A stretch of 51,960 bases of DNA, taken from the NCBI GenBank assembly GCA_002245135.1, contig NGBS01001203.1, positions 1 through 51,960 of the forward strand. Direction: 5' to 3'. This DNA comes from Proteromonas lacertae. Its lineage: Eukaryota. Below, one piece after another: positions 1 to 15,300 of this stretch (the first letter of the stretch is position 1; each line of letters starts with the position of its first letter). Below the pieces are notes generated by a model. The model did no database searches, was not told where the DNA came from, and saw only the letters and a program-made list of their open reading frames with translations. The position numbers were made by a program, and so were the translations under genes.

Positions 1-151
1 TTGACATTTTTTTGAAATTATGATTGATAAAAAACAATAAGAAAAAGTTAAATGAAATTATATACAAAAAACAAAAGAAAAATTTTAACCCATAAAATTA
101 CTCATACACTAAAATATATAAAGAAATTTAAACTCACCACTTGCTCCAGTA

Positions 152-234
152 TAACCCGTACCAAAAACTAATTTACACTCAAATCGCTTATTCTTACCTG
201 TAGAAGGCACCTAAGAATAGTCTGGTACGGGTTA
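152..234. repeat. GC-richer short inverted repeat upstream of the giant gene
   Basis: TAACCCGTACCA (152-163) / TGGTACGGGTTA (223-234), with an inner TATTCTTA / TAAGAATA pair. Confidence 0.7.
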
Positions 235-390
235 CCCACCTACAGTGATATTCTTACGGTTATACATATATTAAACTTGAATATCAAATTAATTGAGCTT
301 ATAATAGACGAATTAAATGCTATTAATTAAAAAAAAAGCTTGAAGAGGTGTTTGATTCTTTCAAATACGTTGTTTAATATGATTGAAATT

Positions 391-3300
391 ATGAAGTTAC
401 TACTTATTTTGAGTATATCTAATATCAAAATATCTTTTAGGTTTATGTTTTGCTAACATTTTGGCAGATATAAATGGTCAAAATAACGAAATTAGTAAAC
501 CTCTACACTCCGATAATTACAAAGTTGTCAAGAATAAGCATGAAATGGAGCTAAATCACAATAATTACAGTATATGTGATGATAGTACAAAATATTTCTT
601 GAAACTTGCTTTATCGGATAAAAGTATAAGCAATCTTGGTAGATTGGAAGAATGTACTGGAATGAAAGGTTATTTTACTTTGAAAGTTGATGATAAAGAG
701 ATTGACTTTTCTGAGTTGTATAAGTCATTAATAACCAGTGCTACAAAAAACATTTATTTTTGTGATATAAAAAGTAGTATTATATTAGTAAGAAATAAAA
801 GAGAAGTAGGAAAATGTCAATTTGGTATAATTGAAATAGAGACAAATGATAAAAAAACTAAAATAGTTAATTTAGATGAAATGAAAGAAGGGCAAGAAAT
901 AATTTTATATGATAGAACACAGAAATCAAGAATGTTAGAAAGTAGTAATTTATTTGATGGAAATAGTGAATGGATGTATAGTTCAGATGAACAAGATGAA
1001 TTTTGGAAAGATAATGATGTTGAATTAAGTTGGACAAAATATACTGTTGGTTCATTTCCAGCCAAAACTGTCACTACTACTTATTATTCAAATGAATTTC
1101 AATTAGATGAAAATCTAGCATCAACAGGTGCTCCAACAATAACAGTTCGTTATAAAGATGGTATTACTATTTATGTGAATGGAAATGAAGTATTTCGAAG
1201 AAATATGCCAATTGGAATAATAAAGAACCAAATATTAGCTAGAAAATCATTTGATTCTGAAATTGATGAGAAAATAACAATTCCATTAACTGTTTTGCAA
1301 GGAGGTAAGAATAAAATATGTGTAGAAATTCACAAATCATCAACAAGTGAAGAAAGTCAAAATGATTCCTTTTCTTTAACATTAACAACAAATGATCCAA
1401 TAACAGAGACAAAAGTAATAACTGCAAAAAGCGATGTTAATTTAGTTGCTACACCAAGGGAAGGTGATCTTCAATCCAATTCAGAATTTACAGATGATCT
1501 TGACAATATTAATACAATTACAAAATATAATTATAATGTTAATCCAAGAAGAAGTCTCCCATTGAATTTTGTAATGACATTTAAAAATAATGAAGCAAGA
1601 TATTTTAATCAATTTGATATAAGTGGTTGTACAAATGATGCTAATACTCATCCAAATTATATAAAGATATATGCTACGACAGATAGTGAAAATCCAGACT
1701 GGGAATTATTATTTATGAATGATAATTTAGGATTAACTGAAGGACAATCAACAAATACTATACATTCTTTTAACATTGTTACTTATAAAGCATATGAAGC
1801 TGTAAGATTTGAAATAATTAGAACTAGAAGTACATCTAATACATGGATTCAATTCAAATTAATGGTATTACATCAAAAACCATTATCAACTTGTTCATCC
1901 ATTAATAAATATCCATCAATGTTTGTTAATGGTAAATACAATGAATATTGTAATGATAATAAGCTTAATATAAAGACAAAAGAATGTAGCAGTAGTAATA
2001 GTTGGAGTGATATTGATGTAAGTGAATGTACAAAAGGATTATTATTGAGAAATACAAAATGGGAATATTCTTCTAGTAATCAAATTAATTCAGATTGGAG
2101 TAATGAATATTCAGACAAATGGAGTGAATATAGTATTGGATCATTTCCTATTAAAGCTACAACAACAACATATTATAGAACAACATTTGAAATTGATGGG
2201 GATTTGAATAATTTAGGTTCTCCAATTCTAAAAGTAAGATTTGAAGATGGAATTGTTATTTATATAAATGGAAAAGAAATATATCGAAGAAATATGCCAT
2301 ATGATTTAATTACAAGTTCTACATTAGCATTAAAATCATTCGAAGGAATAATAGAAGAAAAAATAATTTTACCAATTCCAACAAAATTTCTTAAATTCGG
2401 ATTGAATTATATTGCTATAGAAATACATAAATCTTCATCAAGCCCTTCTAATCAAGAAGATTATTTCTACGCTATTATGATGGAAGGAAAGAGATTATCA
2501 ACAACAACAAGAGTTGCAGAATTGGATGATATTAATTATGATATATCTTATGGTAGTGGATTAGATACATTAAGCAGCTATGCAAAACCGATAAGTAATA
2601 TTTTTTCACGAGAAGTAACATATATGAGTTATACATGGAGTACTGCAAACAAATTTCCTGTTAATATGACATTTACATTTCGAAATCATGAAGCAAGATA
2701 TTTCAATCAATTTGAAATAAGTGGTTGTACAAATGATGTTAATTCTCATCCAAAGCATATAAAGATATTTGGCTCAACAGATAGTGATAATCCAAATTGG
2801 ATAGAATTATATGAAAATAAAGATTTAGGTTTGACAGAATTAGGCAATGAAGATTTTAGTCAAAATAACTGTAGAACAACTTCCTCATATCAATTTCCAA
2901 CTCAAAAATCATATGAAAGTTATAAATTAGAAATAAAAGCTGGAGAAGGTGGTAGTAATTCTATTCAATTTATATATTTTGCAATTAACCAAAATTCTGT
3001 TGCAGCATGTCCATTGAATGAATATGGAGTTTCTGCTTATCCAGGTGAAACAGTAACTGGTAAATGTAATAATAATATAGGAAATATATTATTAAAATGT
3101 AATGATAAATTAGAATGGGAATTAGATGGAGAATGTGTAGAAGTTAAATTACTAGAATATTATCATTCATATTACAATTTAACTGTTGGAATTAAATATA
3201 CTATTAAACCTAAAACTAAGGGATATTGTTCATCAATAGAGAATTTAGAAATGCCGAAAGATAATGGTTTTATAATGAATAATGGAATTGTGATAATTAA

Positions 3301-6300
3301 ATTGATAAAACCAATCGAAGGAGCTGTTGAAGTGAAGTTTCAGTGTGGAAAAGATGGATCTAATACAATATTAAGATTCTCAAGTAATAATGGTTATATG
3401 TTATATTCAAATTCAAAAATAACAGAAATTAAAAGTTTCTTATATAATGATGGTGTTAAAAGTTGTGAAATATTTCCTTCTTTACCATTTGGAGTTGATT
3501 TTAATCCAACTTATTGTACAATCAATGGATATTTAACCAATGTAGTGAGTGAAATGAAAGAATACACCATAAAATATACAATGAAAGATGGAGAAAGGCC
3601 AATAGAAGATGAAAAGATAAGAATTGGAATTTCTTCCAATTTGATGGAATGTTCTTATGGAGTAGATGATGTAATTGTAATTCCTCAATCACAATCATTT
3701 ATAATCAATCAACCTCATTGTAATGTACCAATTCAAAGTTGTCGATTAAAGAGTGGAGCATTATTTGATAATTTGGTTTTGAATACTTTGATTGGTGAAT
3801 TATCAACAACAGGAATAGCAAATGTTCAGAATGAGAGAGAAATAATTATTGAATTTACTAATTCGAGACAAACAATAGAAACAAAACTGAAATTAAAAGT
3901 AGAATCAGTTTCACCAGCTAAATCTCATCCAATCCAATTCTTCCAATATCCATCCAATCAAATAATGTTTTTAAGTGGAGTATATATTGATGATATAAAA
4001 CCGTCATTTGAAGGAGAGTTGGACGATTGTGAAATAAGTAATGGTGTTAATTTACCAAGTGGAATTACATTAAATCCTACAACTTGTATAATAAATGGAG
4101 TAATGAGTAGTAAACCTTCTGATTCTCAAACAATAGTTATAAGAGGAAAGAATAGTCACAGTAAATCATCCTTCACTTTATTAATTAAATATTATGGAAG
4201 TGATGCAACTGAAGCAAATCCTGGATTTAGAGGATATTATTATAAAGATTATTTTGATGATACAGCCTGTTGTCAACATCATGAAATAACCGATAAAGCA
4301 ATATTGAAATATGTGATGATAAAGAATCAAATAGATTATAAGGATAACTCATATTTATGGCCTGATTTGAGTTATAATTTAGAACAACAACATTCTTTGA
4401 ATTTTTCGTATGTCTCAAATGGGTTTGATCGTCAAATTCAATGGCTGACAAGTGGAAGTTCATGGATGAATACTAGTGGAAGTAGTGTAAAATCATCTCA
4501 AAGTGAAAATTATTGTAAAAGTGACTGTCCATTAATAACTGGATTAGCTGGAAACTATCCTAAAGTATATGGAAATGCATTTATGTATTATGGAAGACCA
4601 AAAACCTCAGCTACATTCAGAGCTGTATTTAGATATAGAAATACAGAATCTGATTATCTTAACAGTATTATATATCACATTCCTGTTGGATTTATGGAAT
4701 ATAATTTCACTTATGCAATTTATCCATTAAATGCTCCAATTCCTGTGAATATTCCAATATTCCATAAATCAATAACATCAAGTAAATATACATCATTTTC
4801 TATATATCCAACATTACCAGAAGGTTTATTATTTAATGAAGGAAATGGAGAAATAAGTGGAAATACAAAAGCAGAATCACCATTAACATCATATTTTATT
4901 ACTGCAAATCCAAATTCAGTTGATAAAATCTCAACAAAAATAGAAATTGGTGTTGAAAGATATGAAGATACATCTACATTTACATGTCCAACAGAAGTTG
5001 AATATATAGTAGGTAATGAAATATCAATACAATGTGAAACAAGTCAATCGAAATTCACTTCAAGTTCATTACCAAGTGGTTTATCATTAGATAAAGATAC
5101 AGGAATTATTTCAGGAAAACCATTAGAAGCTGTTACTGGTTATACAGTAAAGATATATAGATATGGATTAGTAGGAATTTCATCAACTGAAATTACATTA
5201 AATATAAAATCCTCCAATTATTATTTCAGATTAATTTATGAATATGTTGAAGATAAAAATATTGAAATAAAACACAATGATAATACTGAAGTTACACCAA
5301 TTGTGAAAGATAGTCCAAGTTTAAAAGTAGTAGAATATGTAGTGAATGAGAATGGTGGAAATGGAAATTATATTATCAATTTTAAATATCCAGGAAAATA
5401 TATAATCTACAATTCAAAACAAGATATATTATTTGCTAGAGAAGTTAATTTAGATTCACCAGAAATATCACTATGTGTAACTGGAAATGGAATTCCAGTA
5501 ATAGAATATGAAAAGAGTGAATTTATACTAAAAACTGGTGTTGAGTTTTATATTGGTCCAAAAATAACGAATGGAGCTAATATATTCGAAATTGATAAAA
5601 TTCCCAAAGGAATGTATTTTGATTCATTTACAGGAGTGTTATCTGGTGTAATAGGAAAAGAATTTGATGGTGATGAAGTATTAATCCGATGTAGAAATGA
5701 GAATGGATATTCAACTGCAGTTTTATTATCATTAAAACCAGAAAAATGTGCAGGTGTTGTTTTATCTTTAACAATCAATTTCATTGATGAGAATAGTGAT
5801 AATTTAGTGAAATTAGAATCATCAGATATTAATAAAATACTATTTGATAAAACCAATGTTGTTTCAACAACTGAATCATTTTGTGTGGATGAAGGAATAT
5901 ATAATTTACATACAAAATTCTCAAATTCACAATCCTCAGTGAGAGTTGATGTAATTGATACTGAATCCTCTATTGAAATGATTCCTGGAAATAGTAAAGT
6001 ATCAATAATAGCCAACAAACTATATAATGAAGATAATAAATGGTATTATAATGACAATACACAGTCTGATAACTCATGGATTACATCTACTGAAAATACT
6101 GGTTGGATTGAAAGTAGACCAATATCATTTCCAGATAAATCTCCTTCACTAGTAACAAGATATTATAAGAATGTATTTAGTTATTCTAAATCATCTGATT
6201 TAGAGAAATATTTCAAAATCAAGTTTCAATATGAAGGTGGAATGATAATGTATTTGAATGGAAAAGAAATTTATAGATTTAATTTACCAGAAGGAATAAT

Positions 6301-9300
6301 AGATGGTAATACAAATGCATTAGAGAATATTGGATTAAAAGAAGTGAATTTACCACTTCCTTTATCAATTTTATCTTCATCAAATATATTAGCAGTTGAA
6401 ATTCATAAAGTCCAAGGTGATGTTACTGTGAAGGACAATTTTAATATTGATTATCAATTTATTCAAATCAATGAATGTGTAAGTAAACCATTATTGAAAG
6501 TAGAGTCAATCAAAGCATTTGGTAATGTGAATGGTGATATTGGTGAATATCAATTAACATCTGAAGAAATATCCAAACTAATAGATGATTCAACATCAAC
6601 CAAATTGAGTTTTGATATGAGAAGAAATAGTCATATAATGAATACTTGGATAGAAATAACATTTAAAGAAAAGATATTATTCAATAATTATATATTATCT
6701 GCTCCAAGTACTGGGTTATTAAACTCATTTCCAATCGATTGGGATTTATATGGAAAGAATGGTCAAAATGAATGGAAATTACTTCATGAGATAAGAAATA
6801 ATGTAGAACCAGTTTATAATGAAAAATTACCATTTTATATTCCTAATAATGATGTAGAATATGAAACATATTTATTTAATTTCACTCGTCGAGGTGTATC
6901 TGGTGATTATTTATCTCCTGAATTTACAATAGCTGATTTTATTCCTCAATTATGTAATTATCAAAGTTATTGTTCTAATTCAAATATACCAATGGGTAAA
7001 ACAATAATCTCAACCTGTGGTTATGGATTACAATCTGATGGTAAAACTGATTCATCAGAACCAGCTCGAATATATACAACATGTAGAAATGAAATAGGAA
7101 ATGCTGTTCTTGAAGAATCAACAGGAACAAGTTGTTCATTAAAGAGATATTGGTTTGGTTGTTCGTCTGAAGTAGAAGAAATATATGTGGGTGATGAAAT
7201 TAATAAACAATTATGTTTTATAATAATTAATGGAGATTTTACTATTTCTTACCAACCACAATTACCTGAAGGTTTAAATATTGATGGAAATGGATTATTA
7301 AATGGAAATGCAGTTCAAACTACTCCCAAAGTTAATACAAAAGTTACAATAACGTCAAGTGGAAATTATCTAGAAAATGAAAGAGTGAGATTTGATTATA
7401 TAAAATTGAAAGTGAATGGTCCAAGTTGTTCTGTTGAGAATAGTTGGCCAGAAACAGAAGTTGGTCATGTAGCAGAATTATATTGTGATGAAGGAAGTAA
7501 TAAGAATAAAGAATTTATGAAAAGAAAATGTGAATATGATAAAGATAATAAATCTGCAAAATGGTCGGATTATATAAATGAAACTGAATGTAATAATGGA
7601 GATGTATATCTTTCAACCTATCCAAATGTTGTTATTACTCATGAATTTAGTTCAGATATATCTTCAATCACACCAGAATCTGCATATATTACTAAAAGTG
7701 GTAAAATACTTACAGTCAATAGTAGTGTGGAAATAATTCAAAAATTCGAAGTTGGACTAAGTGATTCATTAAAACACAATGTTTATGTGAGTGTAGTGAG
7801 AGATGTAGGTAAATGTAGTTATGGTGTGGAATATATTAGAATTTATCCAATTGAAATAGATTTAGAATTAAAATGTGATAAAAAACCATCCTATTTATTA
7901 GTGGAAAATCTACCAAATGGATTGAGTGTAGATGGAAATGGAAGAATTAGTGGTATTATTGAAGATCCAACTGAGTATGAAGAATATAAAACGATAATCA
8001 CTTATATAATAGATAAGAAATATCGAATAGTATTGAATTGGTATAAAAAGACAAAAGAAATGTCAAATGGATTAGAATTTATAAATTTTGCAGAATCTGG
8101 GCAAGATGGATTGAGTGATTCAGTTTTTCAAAATACTCAATTGAAAGATATTTGGTCGAAATTTGAAAATGGAGTATATAAAATTCAAGAAAAGAAATTT
8201 ATTACTACTTCTTATGTGAATTTAGCATCATGTGTAGATTGGTGGAATCCATGTCAAAATGGAATAGCAAGAATGAGAGGATATATAAAAATAGATGAAG
8301 ATAAAAGTTATACATTTACAGGTAGATCTGATGATAGACAGAAATTTGCATTTAGAAATTATGAACAACAAAGATACAATACAGCAAACTGGCAGGATAT
8401 TGGAAGTTATACAGTCGAATTGAAAAAAGGATATTATGTAATTGGTTATTTGACATGGTATGGTGGTGGCGCAAATGATTTTCAAGCTTATGTTGATGGA
8501 AATCAATTAGATGGTAGAATATTTAGTGGTGGATTTTTACTTTCTCACTTGTCATATAACACATTATTTGTTCATTCTAATAAAGATGATAATATTAATC
8601 TTATTCCTAGTTTCAATGGAATTGTCTCAGAATGGGAAATAACTCCATCAATTGATGGATTATCAATTAGAAAAGATGGAGTAATAGAAGGAGTAATTTC
8701 AACATGTAATAATGATTATAAGTTAGTTGTTGTTCAATCTATTAATGATATAGATTTATGTAAATCATCAACAGAATTTCAGCTTCACTGTTTTGATAAA
8801 TCATATTCAACTATTCAAAATGGTTTAATAGTGAAATACTTTGTCTTACAATCAGTTGATATTAATCACAATATTGATATATCTACAATGAAAGAAGAGA
8901 ATTTGAGATTAGAAAGAATCGAAGATAATATTTATCATGATCAAAGTGAAGAATTATGGAATGCTTTACCAGATGAATTAGGTTATTCATTTGTAGCTGA
9001 ATATAAAGGATATCTTAGAATTAATTCTCAAATGAGTGGAAATATGAAAATATCTTTGGAATGTTATGATTATTGTAGATTAACATTATCAAGTTTGAAT
9101 ATAGAATGTTTAGGTTTTGGTTATCATAAACAATCATCAGATATTAGTTTAAGTGAAGGTAATTATCCAATTGAAATAATATATGGAAAAGGAGATTTTG
9201 ATAAAACCAAATTATTAAAAATCTATTATTCCAAAGATAGTGTGAATGAAACGCCAATCCCTCAATCATCTTACTTCTATAATCCTGAATATCCTATATT

Positions 9301-12300
9301 ATATAATCCAATTAAAACTATGTATTATAATGATTCAAATATATCAATTAATCATCCGTTTAAATCAAATACATTTATAAAAGATGTAACAAACGCTAAA
9401 TATTCAATTACTCCTTTACTCCCTGAAGGATTATCATTGAACGAAGATGATGGATCAATAAGTGGAACAACAGCATTAATTGATGATAATACAAATTATA
9501 TAGTAAAAACAGAATGGAATGATGGAAGTTATTATTATTCATCATTTTCTTTTTCAATATTACCAAAGAATGAAGCAATAATTGAATATTCAAGTAATTC
9601 ATTCGAATATGGTATTGGCGATAATATTAATATATCACCAACTAAGATGAAATGTGATTATATTCATGCATTAGGTTTGCCAAATGGAATATCGATTGAT
9701 AGAAATGGTTTGATAAGTGGAATAGGTAAATTTGCATTTGATAAAAATGTTGAAATTGATTGTTTTACATATAAGAAATATAGTGTTACTATTCATTTAA
9801 CTGTTGTGGCTTGTGCTGGAGGAAAAGGATTTTTTGAATTTCAATATTTAATTCATTCCAATCCTGAATTAGTCAGTTTTAAAATATATCCATCAAATAA
9901 TATTAGTAATGTGATATTTGAAGATACAAATAATTCAACATTACAAATTGAGAAAGAATATTCTTTTCATCAATGTGTTGAATATGGAAATTATAAATTA
10001 GAAGTAAAAACCAAATCTCCAAAAGGTGGTTGGTATAAAATATTCTATGAAGATGAGAATATATATCAATTTAAAGAATTTGAGATTGATATTTTAACAG
10101 AATTTCCAATCAAAAGTAGTTATGAAAAGCCAATAATTCATTATGAAGAAAATAATGTGTTATATTTCAATGAATATGAAAAGTCTGTCTATCCAAATTA
10201 TATTGAAAATGGTTTGAGTATGATGAATATAAAAAGTGGTGTATTACCAAATACAATCAAATTAGATTATAAAACAGGCGTATTATCAGGAACATTACCT
10301 TCAAATTCTGCAGAAATAAAATTGGTAATAGAGATGAGAAATACATTCAGTAAAGAAAATAGTGTAATAGAAATAACATTAAAATATGAAAAATGTCTAA
10401 TGGAAGTAAAAATATCTTTATTGGCAAGAAATTTACAAAGTGATAGAATTGATAATATATTATGTGAATTTAATAAAGAATATTATAAATATGAATTATT
10501 TTCAACTATTACAAATGGACTTCAATATAAAACAATGTGTTTAGAAGAAGGAAATTATATAGTAAAATTAGGAAGAAGTGATAATAGTAAAGACGCTTGG
10601 AAGTTTAGTGAATTTGTAATAAGTATAGTTGATGGTGGTGATGTATTTCGAGATAATTATCGAGGAGGAGAAATGAATGTGTTGAATGTGAATTTAAAGA
10701 ATTATTTCAAAAGTAGTGATGAATTTAAATACAGTGATGTAAATCCAACAAGTATAGATTGGTTAGAAGGCAAATCAATAGAAGAATGGAAAGATGTAAA
10801 TGGTGTAGAACCATTAAATGGAGTGAAAGAAAGATATTATATAAAGAAAATCGAATTTAAAGAATCAACAAATAATTTAACATCATTTTATATTCGAATG
10901 AAATATTTCGGCAAAGTGATTTTATATATGAATGGAATGAAATTCTATGAAACTAATCCAAACTATGCTATTGCTACTTCTGCGAATGATTTTGAATATT
11001 ATAAGATAAGTGGATCAATCAGTTTACTAGAAAGATATAATTCTAACTATTTAGGAATAATATATGAGAATATTTATGAATTATACTGGAGTTGATATAA
11101 TTGAATTGAAAGAAATGATTTTAATATCTGGAATTGATTCTTGTAGTTATTCAATCTATGAAGATTATGATAATAGTTATGTGTATGAGAATATAGCAAG
11201 TGTTAATAATACTCAGTATCATGAACCAGTGTATAATGCATTTAAACATTTAACGAGATGGATCAAAATCAACATGGCAGTATGTGAATATAAGTCAATT
11301 AATTCAATTTGGAATGAATTTTCTAACTATGAATCAAAATGGTTTAATGGAGTAATAATCAAAACAGGAACTACAAAAGATAGATATGCAGTAGATTGGA
11401 AATTGAATGTAAGAATAAATTCCACCACTCAAAAGACAATAATTGAAAGAAATGGAGATAATCAAGATGTATTTTGCCAACTGGATATGTAACCAAGTAT
11501 TTTTCATCTGATAATAATGATGATTATATGAGTTATAATGGAATTGAATTATATATAAGTAAACATGGAATTGATGGATTTGAAACAACAGAAATCTCTC
11601 CATTAAGTTGTAAAAATTCTTGTTTTAAAGAAAGTGAATGGAAATCAATATCAAAAGGAAAGACTAATTATGTATTATGTGAAAATAATAAAGCTGGATT
11701 TAAATCTCGAAGATGTGGTGAAGATTTAGAATGGGAAAATGAAAATGATAGTGAATGTATTGATGCTTTGTTAGATTTAGAAAATGAATGGGAATATTCA
11801 AATGTATATCATAATTCTCTTTGGACTGATATGAATTATTATGATGATATAAAATGGAATAAATATAGAATAAATGAATTTCCAATGAAAACCAAAATTA
11901 CTTCATATTATAAAACCAATTTGACAATTGATAAAGATTTAAATGTAATTGGAATTCCTGACATGTATGTTCGATATGAATGTGGAATAATGATATTTAT
12001 GAACAATAAAGAAATTTATCGAAATAACATGCCAATAGGAGAAATCAATGGAGAAACGTATGGATTAAATACCGAAAATGGATTGATATATAAGAAAATC
12101 TCAATTCCTGCAACTGTAATTCAAAGTGGCTTGAATGAAATAAAAGTAGAAATTCACAAATGTGAATCTAGTTTAAAGAATGAAATCGATATATTTTCAT
12201 TAACAATATCAAAAACAACAATATCTTCTAGTGGATTGAGTGTATGTAAAAGTATAGATCCAATTCCATCAATGTTTGAAGGTGGTGAATATTTTGACAA

Positions 12301-15300
12301 ATGTGAAGGAGATAAAATAGGAAAAAGAAAGATGGTATGTGAGAATAGTGGTAAATGGAGTGAATTTGATAATAGTGAATGTGTTGAATCAATACTAAAT
12401 TTGAATAGTTTATGGGAATATTCAAGTGAAGACAATGTTGAATCAAATTGGAATAATGAGTATTCTAATGATTGGCCAGAATATAAATTCAAAGAATTCC
12501 CAATTAAAACCAAAACCACTACCTATTATCGAAATGAATTTAAAATATCAGAATCATTAAATGAGTTTGGTCATCTTGAATTAATAATTCGATATAAATA
12601 TGGAATAATGATCTATATAAATGGAAATGAAATATTTCGACGAAATATGAATAATAATGGTATAACAAGCAGTGATAAAGCTATAAAATCGTTTATTGGA
12701 TTAACAGAAGAAAGAATCTCAATTCCCTCTAAATTGATAAGATATGGAAATAATAAGATAGGAATCGAAATTCATAAATGTAATCAAAGTTCATTATCTC
12801 AAATTGATTTCTTTTATGTGACATTAACAAAGACAGAAAAGATTAGTTTCAAGTGTATTAATAACTCCCAAAGATGATATTGATTATTTATTAAAACCTA
12901 TAAATCCTAACACTAATATAGAAGAAAAGGAAGGAATAAAAGACTTTGATAATATAGAAAGTATGGTAAAATATTTAGCTGCTTCAGCTTCAACTGAAAA
13001 AATGTATTTCCATTTTCAATAATATTTACATTTCGAAATCATGAAGCAAGATATTTCAATCAATTTGAAATAAGTGGTTGTACAAATGATTTTAATACTC
13101 ATCCAAAACATATAAATATATTTGGTTCAACAGATAGTGATAATCCAAATTGGATAGAATTATATAAAAATGAAGATTTAGGATTAAGTAAAAATGATTG
13201 TAGAGATAAATTCACATATTCATTACCAGTTTTAAAATCATTTGAATCAATAAAATTTGAAATACGTGCAGTGTATAGTTTTAATGGTTGGATTCAATTT
13301 CGATTATTAACATTTAATGAAATTCCAGTAATTGCTTGTCCTGCTATTAATGAATATCCATCAATATATGGAAATGAAATAGCTAATATAACATGTTCTG
13401 GAAGAGGTTATAAAACTCGAAAATGTAATGAAAATGGTGTTTGGAGTGGAACAATCGATTTGAGTAAGTGTGAAGAAAATATCTTATATTTATCGACTTA
13501 TCCATATACATCAAAGAGTATTAGTTTTGATCAAAAGATCTTATCTGTAACACCAATAACATCCTATTTTAGTTATAATGAGAGTAGTTTAACCTTAATA
13601 AGTAATAGTAGTGAAGAATTTGTGAATAAAATAACATTGAAATTAGAAAATGAAAAATCGTATTTTGTATATGTGAGTGTAATTCGAAGAGAGATTGAAT
13701 GTAATTATGGAGTTGATTATATTCGAATATATAATATGTATTATGATTTAAAATTGATATGTAACATAAATCCATCTGATATAATAGTAGATGGATTACC
13801 TGATGGTTTAATTGCAGATGAGAATGGAAGAATAAGTGGAATGATAAAAGATGCAACAGGTGTAGATCCAATAACAACAACAATAAGTTATGAATGTGAT
13901 AAACATATATCAATTAGATTAGAATGGTTAAGAAAAGAGAAAGATTTAACTTTTGGATTAGAATTTATAAATCAAAATGAATCAAATCAAGAATCTGGTC
14001 AAAATGATCTTGGAGGTCATAGTTGGAAAGAGTATTATGAAATGTTTGATAATGGAACATATAAAGTGTATGATAAATCAACAATTACATCAACAGAAGT
14101 AATTACATCAGTAGCAGATTCATCAAATTGTAATAATGATTGGTGGAATCCATGTTTTAATGAACTTGCTCGAATGAGAGGATATTTATTTATAGATTCT
14201 GATGGATCTTATCAATTTGGTGGATGTGGAGATGATGATGAAATGATGGCATTTATAAAGTTTGATAAAGAAGTTTATAGATATAATTATGGACAATGTC
14301 AATCATTTACATCAACATATGAGTTGAAAAAAGGATATTATCCAATTAGTTATATTCATTGGAATGGTGGCTGGCGGTAATTATTTCAAAGCTTATATTA
14401 AGAAATCAGGAAATGAAAAAACAAATTTAGATGGAAAAATATTTAGTGGTGGATTTATTTTATCTCATTTATCATATGGAACAAACACAATAGAATATAA
14501 TGAAGGAATAAATCAAATAATTTTACCTAATTATGATGGTATAATATCTGATTGGAAAATGGAACCTTCAATCGATGGAATAACTATTCGAAAAGATGGT
14601 GCAATAATTGGATATCCTACAAACTGTGATGATGAATTTAAAGCCTTTAGTATAAGTTCAATAAGTGATATTAATATAACCAAATCCACTTCAAAAATGC
14701 AAATGATTTGTCACAGTAATAATAATAATAAAGATAATAAAAAGAAAAATGGATTATTAGTAAAATATTATATAGGTGATGAAATAAATGTAGATTCGTT
14801 TATCGAACCAACTATGATAGTTGGATCAAAACTGATGATATATCGAATAGAGAAAGAAAATATATATCACAGTGAAAGTGATAATATATGGACAGGATTA
14901 TTATTAACAATGTCTGAATTATTTGTAGCAAAATATAGTGGTTATATAAAAATACCAGATGGTGGAAGTTATTCATTTAAATTGAAATGCTATGATTATT
15001 GTCGAGTCAAAATTGGAGATGAAGAAATAGAATTGACTGGAAGTGGATATCATGAAACTACAAAAGAAATAACATTATTATCAGCAGAATTATATAAATA
15101 TGAGATGAATTATGCCAAAGGAGTTGGTTTAAGAAAACAATTAGAATTAGAATATTCAATAGGTGGAAGTTCATATACTATAGTTCCAAATGATTGGTTA
15201 TTTGTAGATAATCCATATCCATTTGTTTATCAATCAATAATCAATCATTATATTCAAGACCAACCAATAGATGATAATATTTTAGTTTCTTATATGTCAA

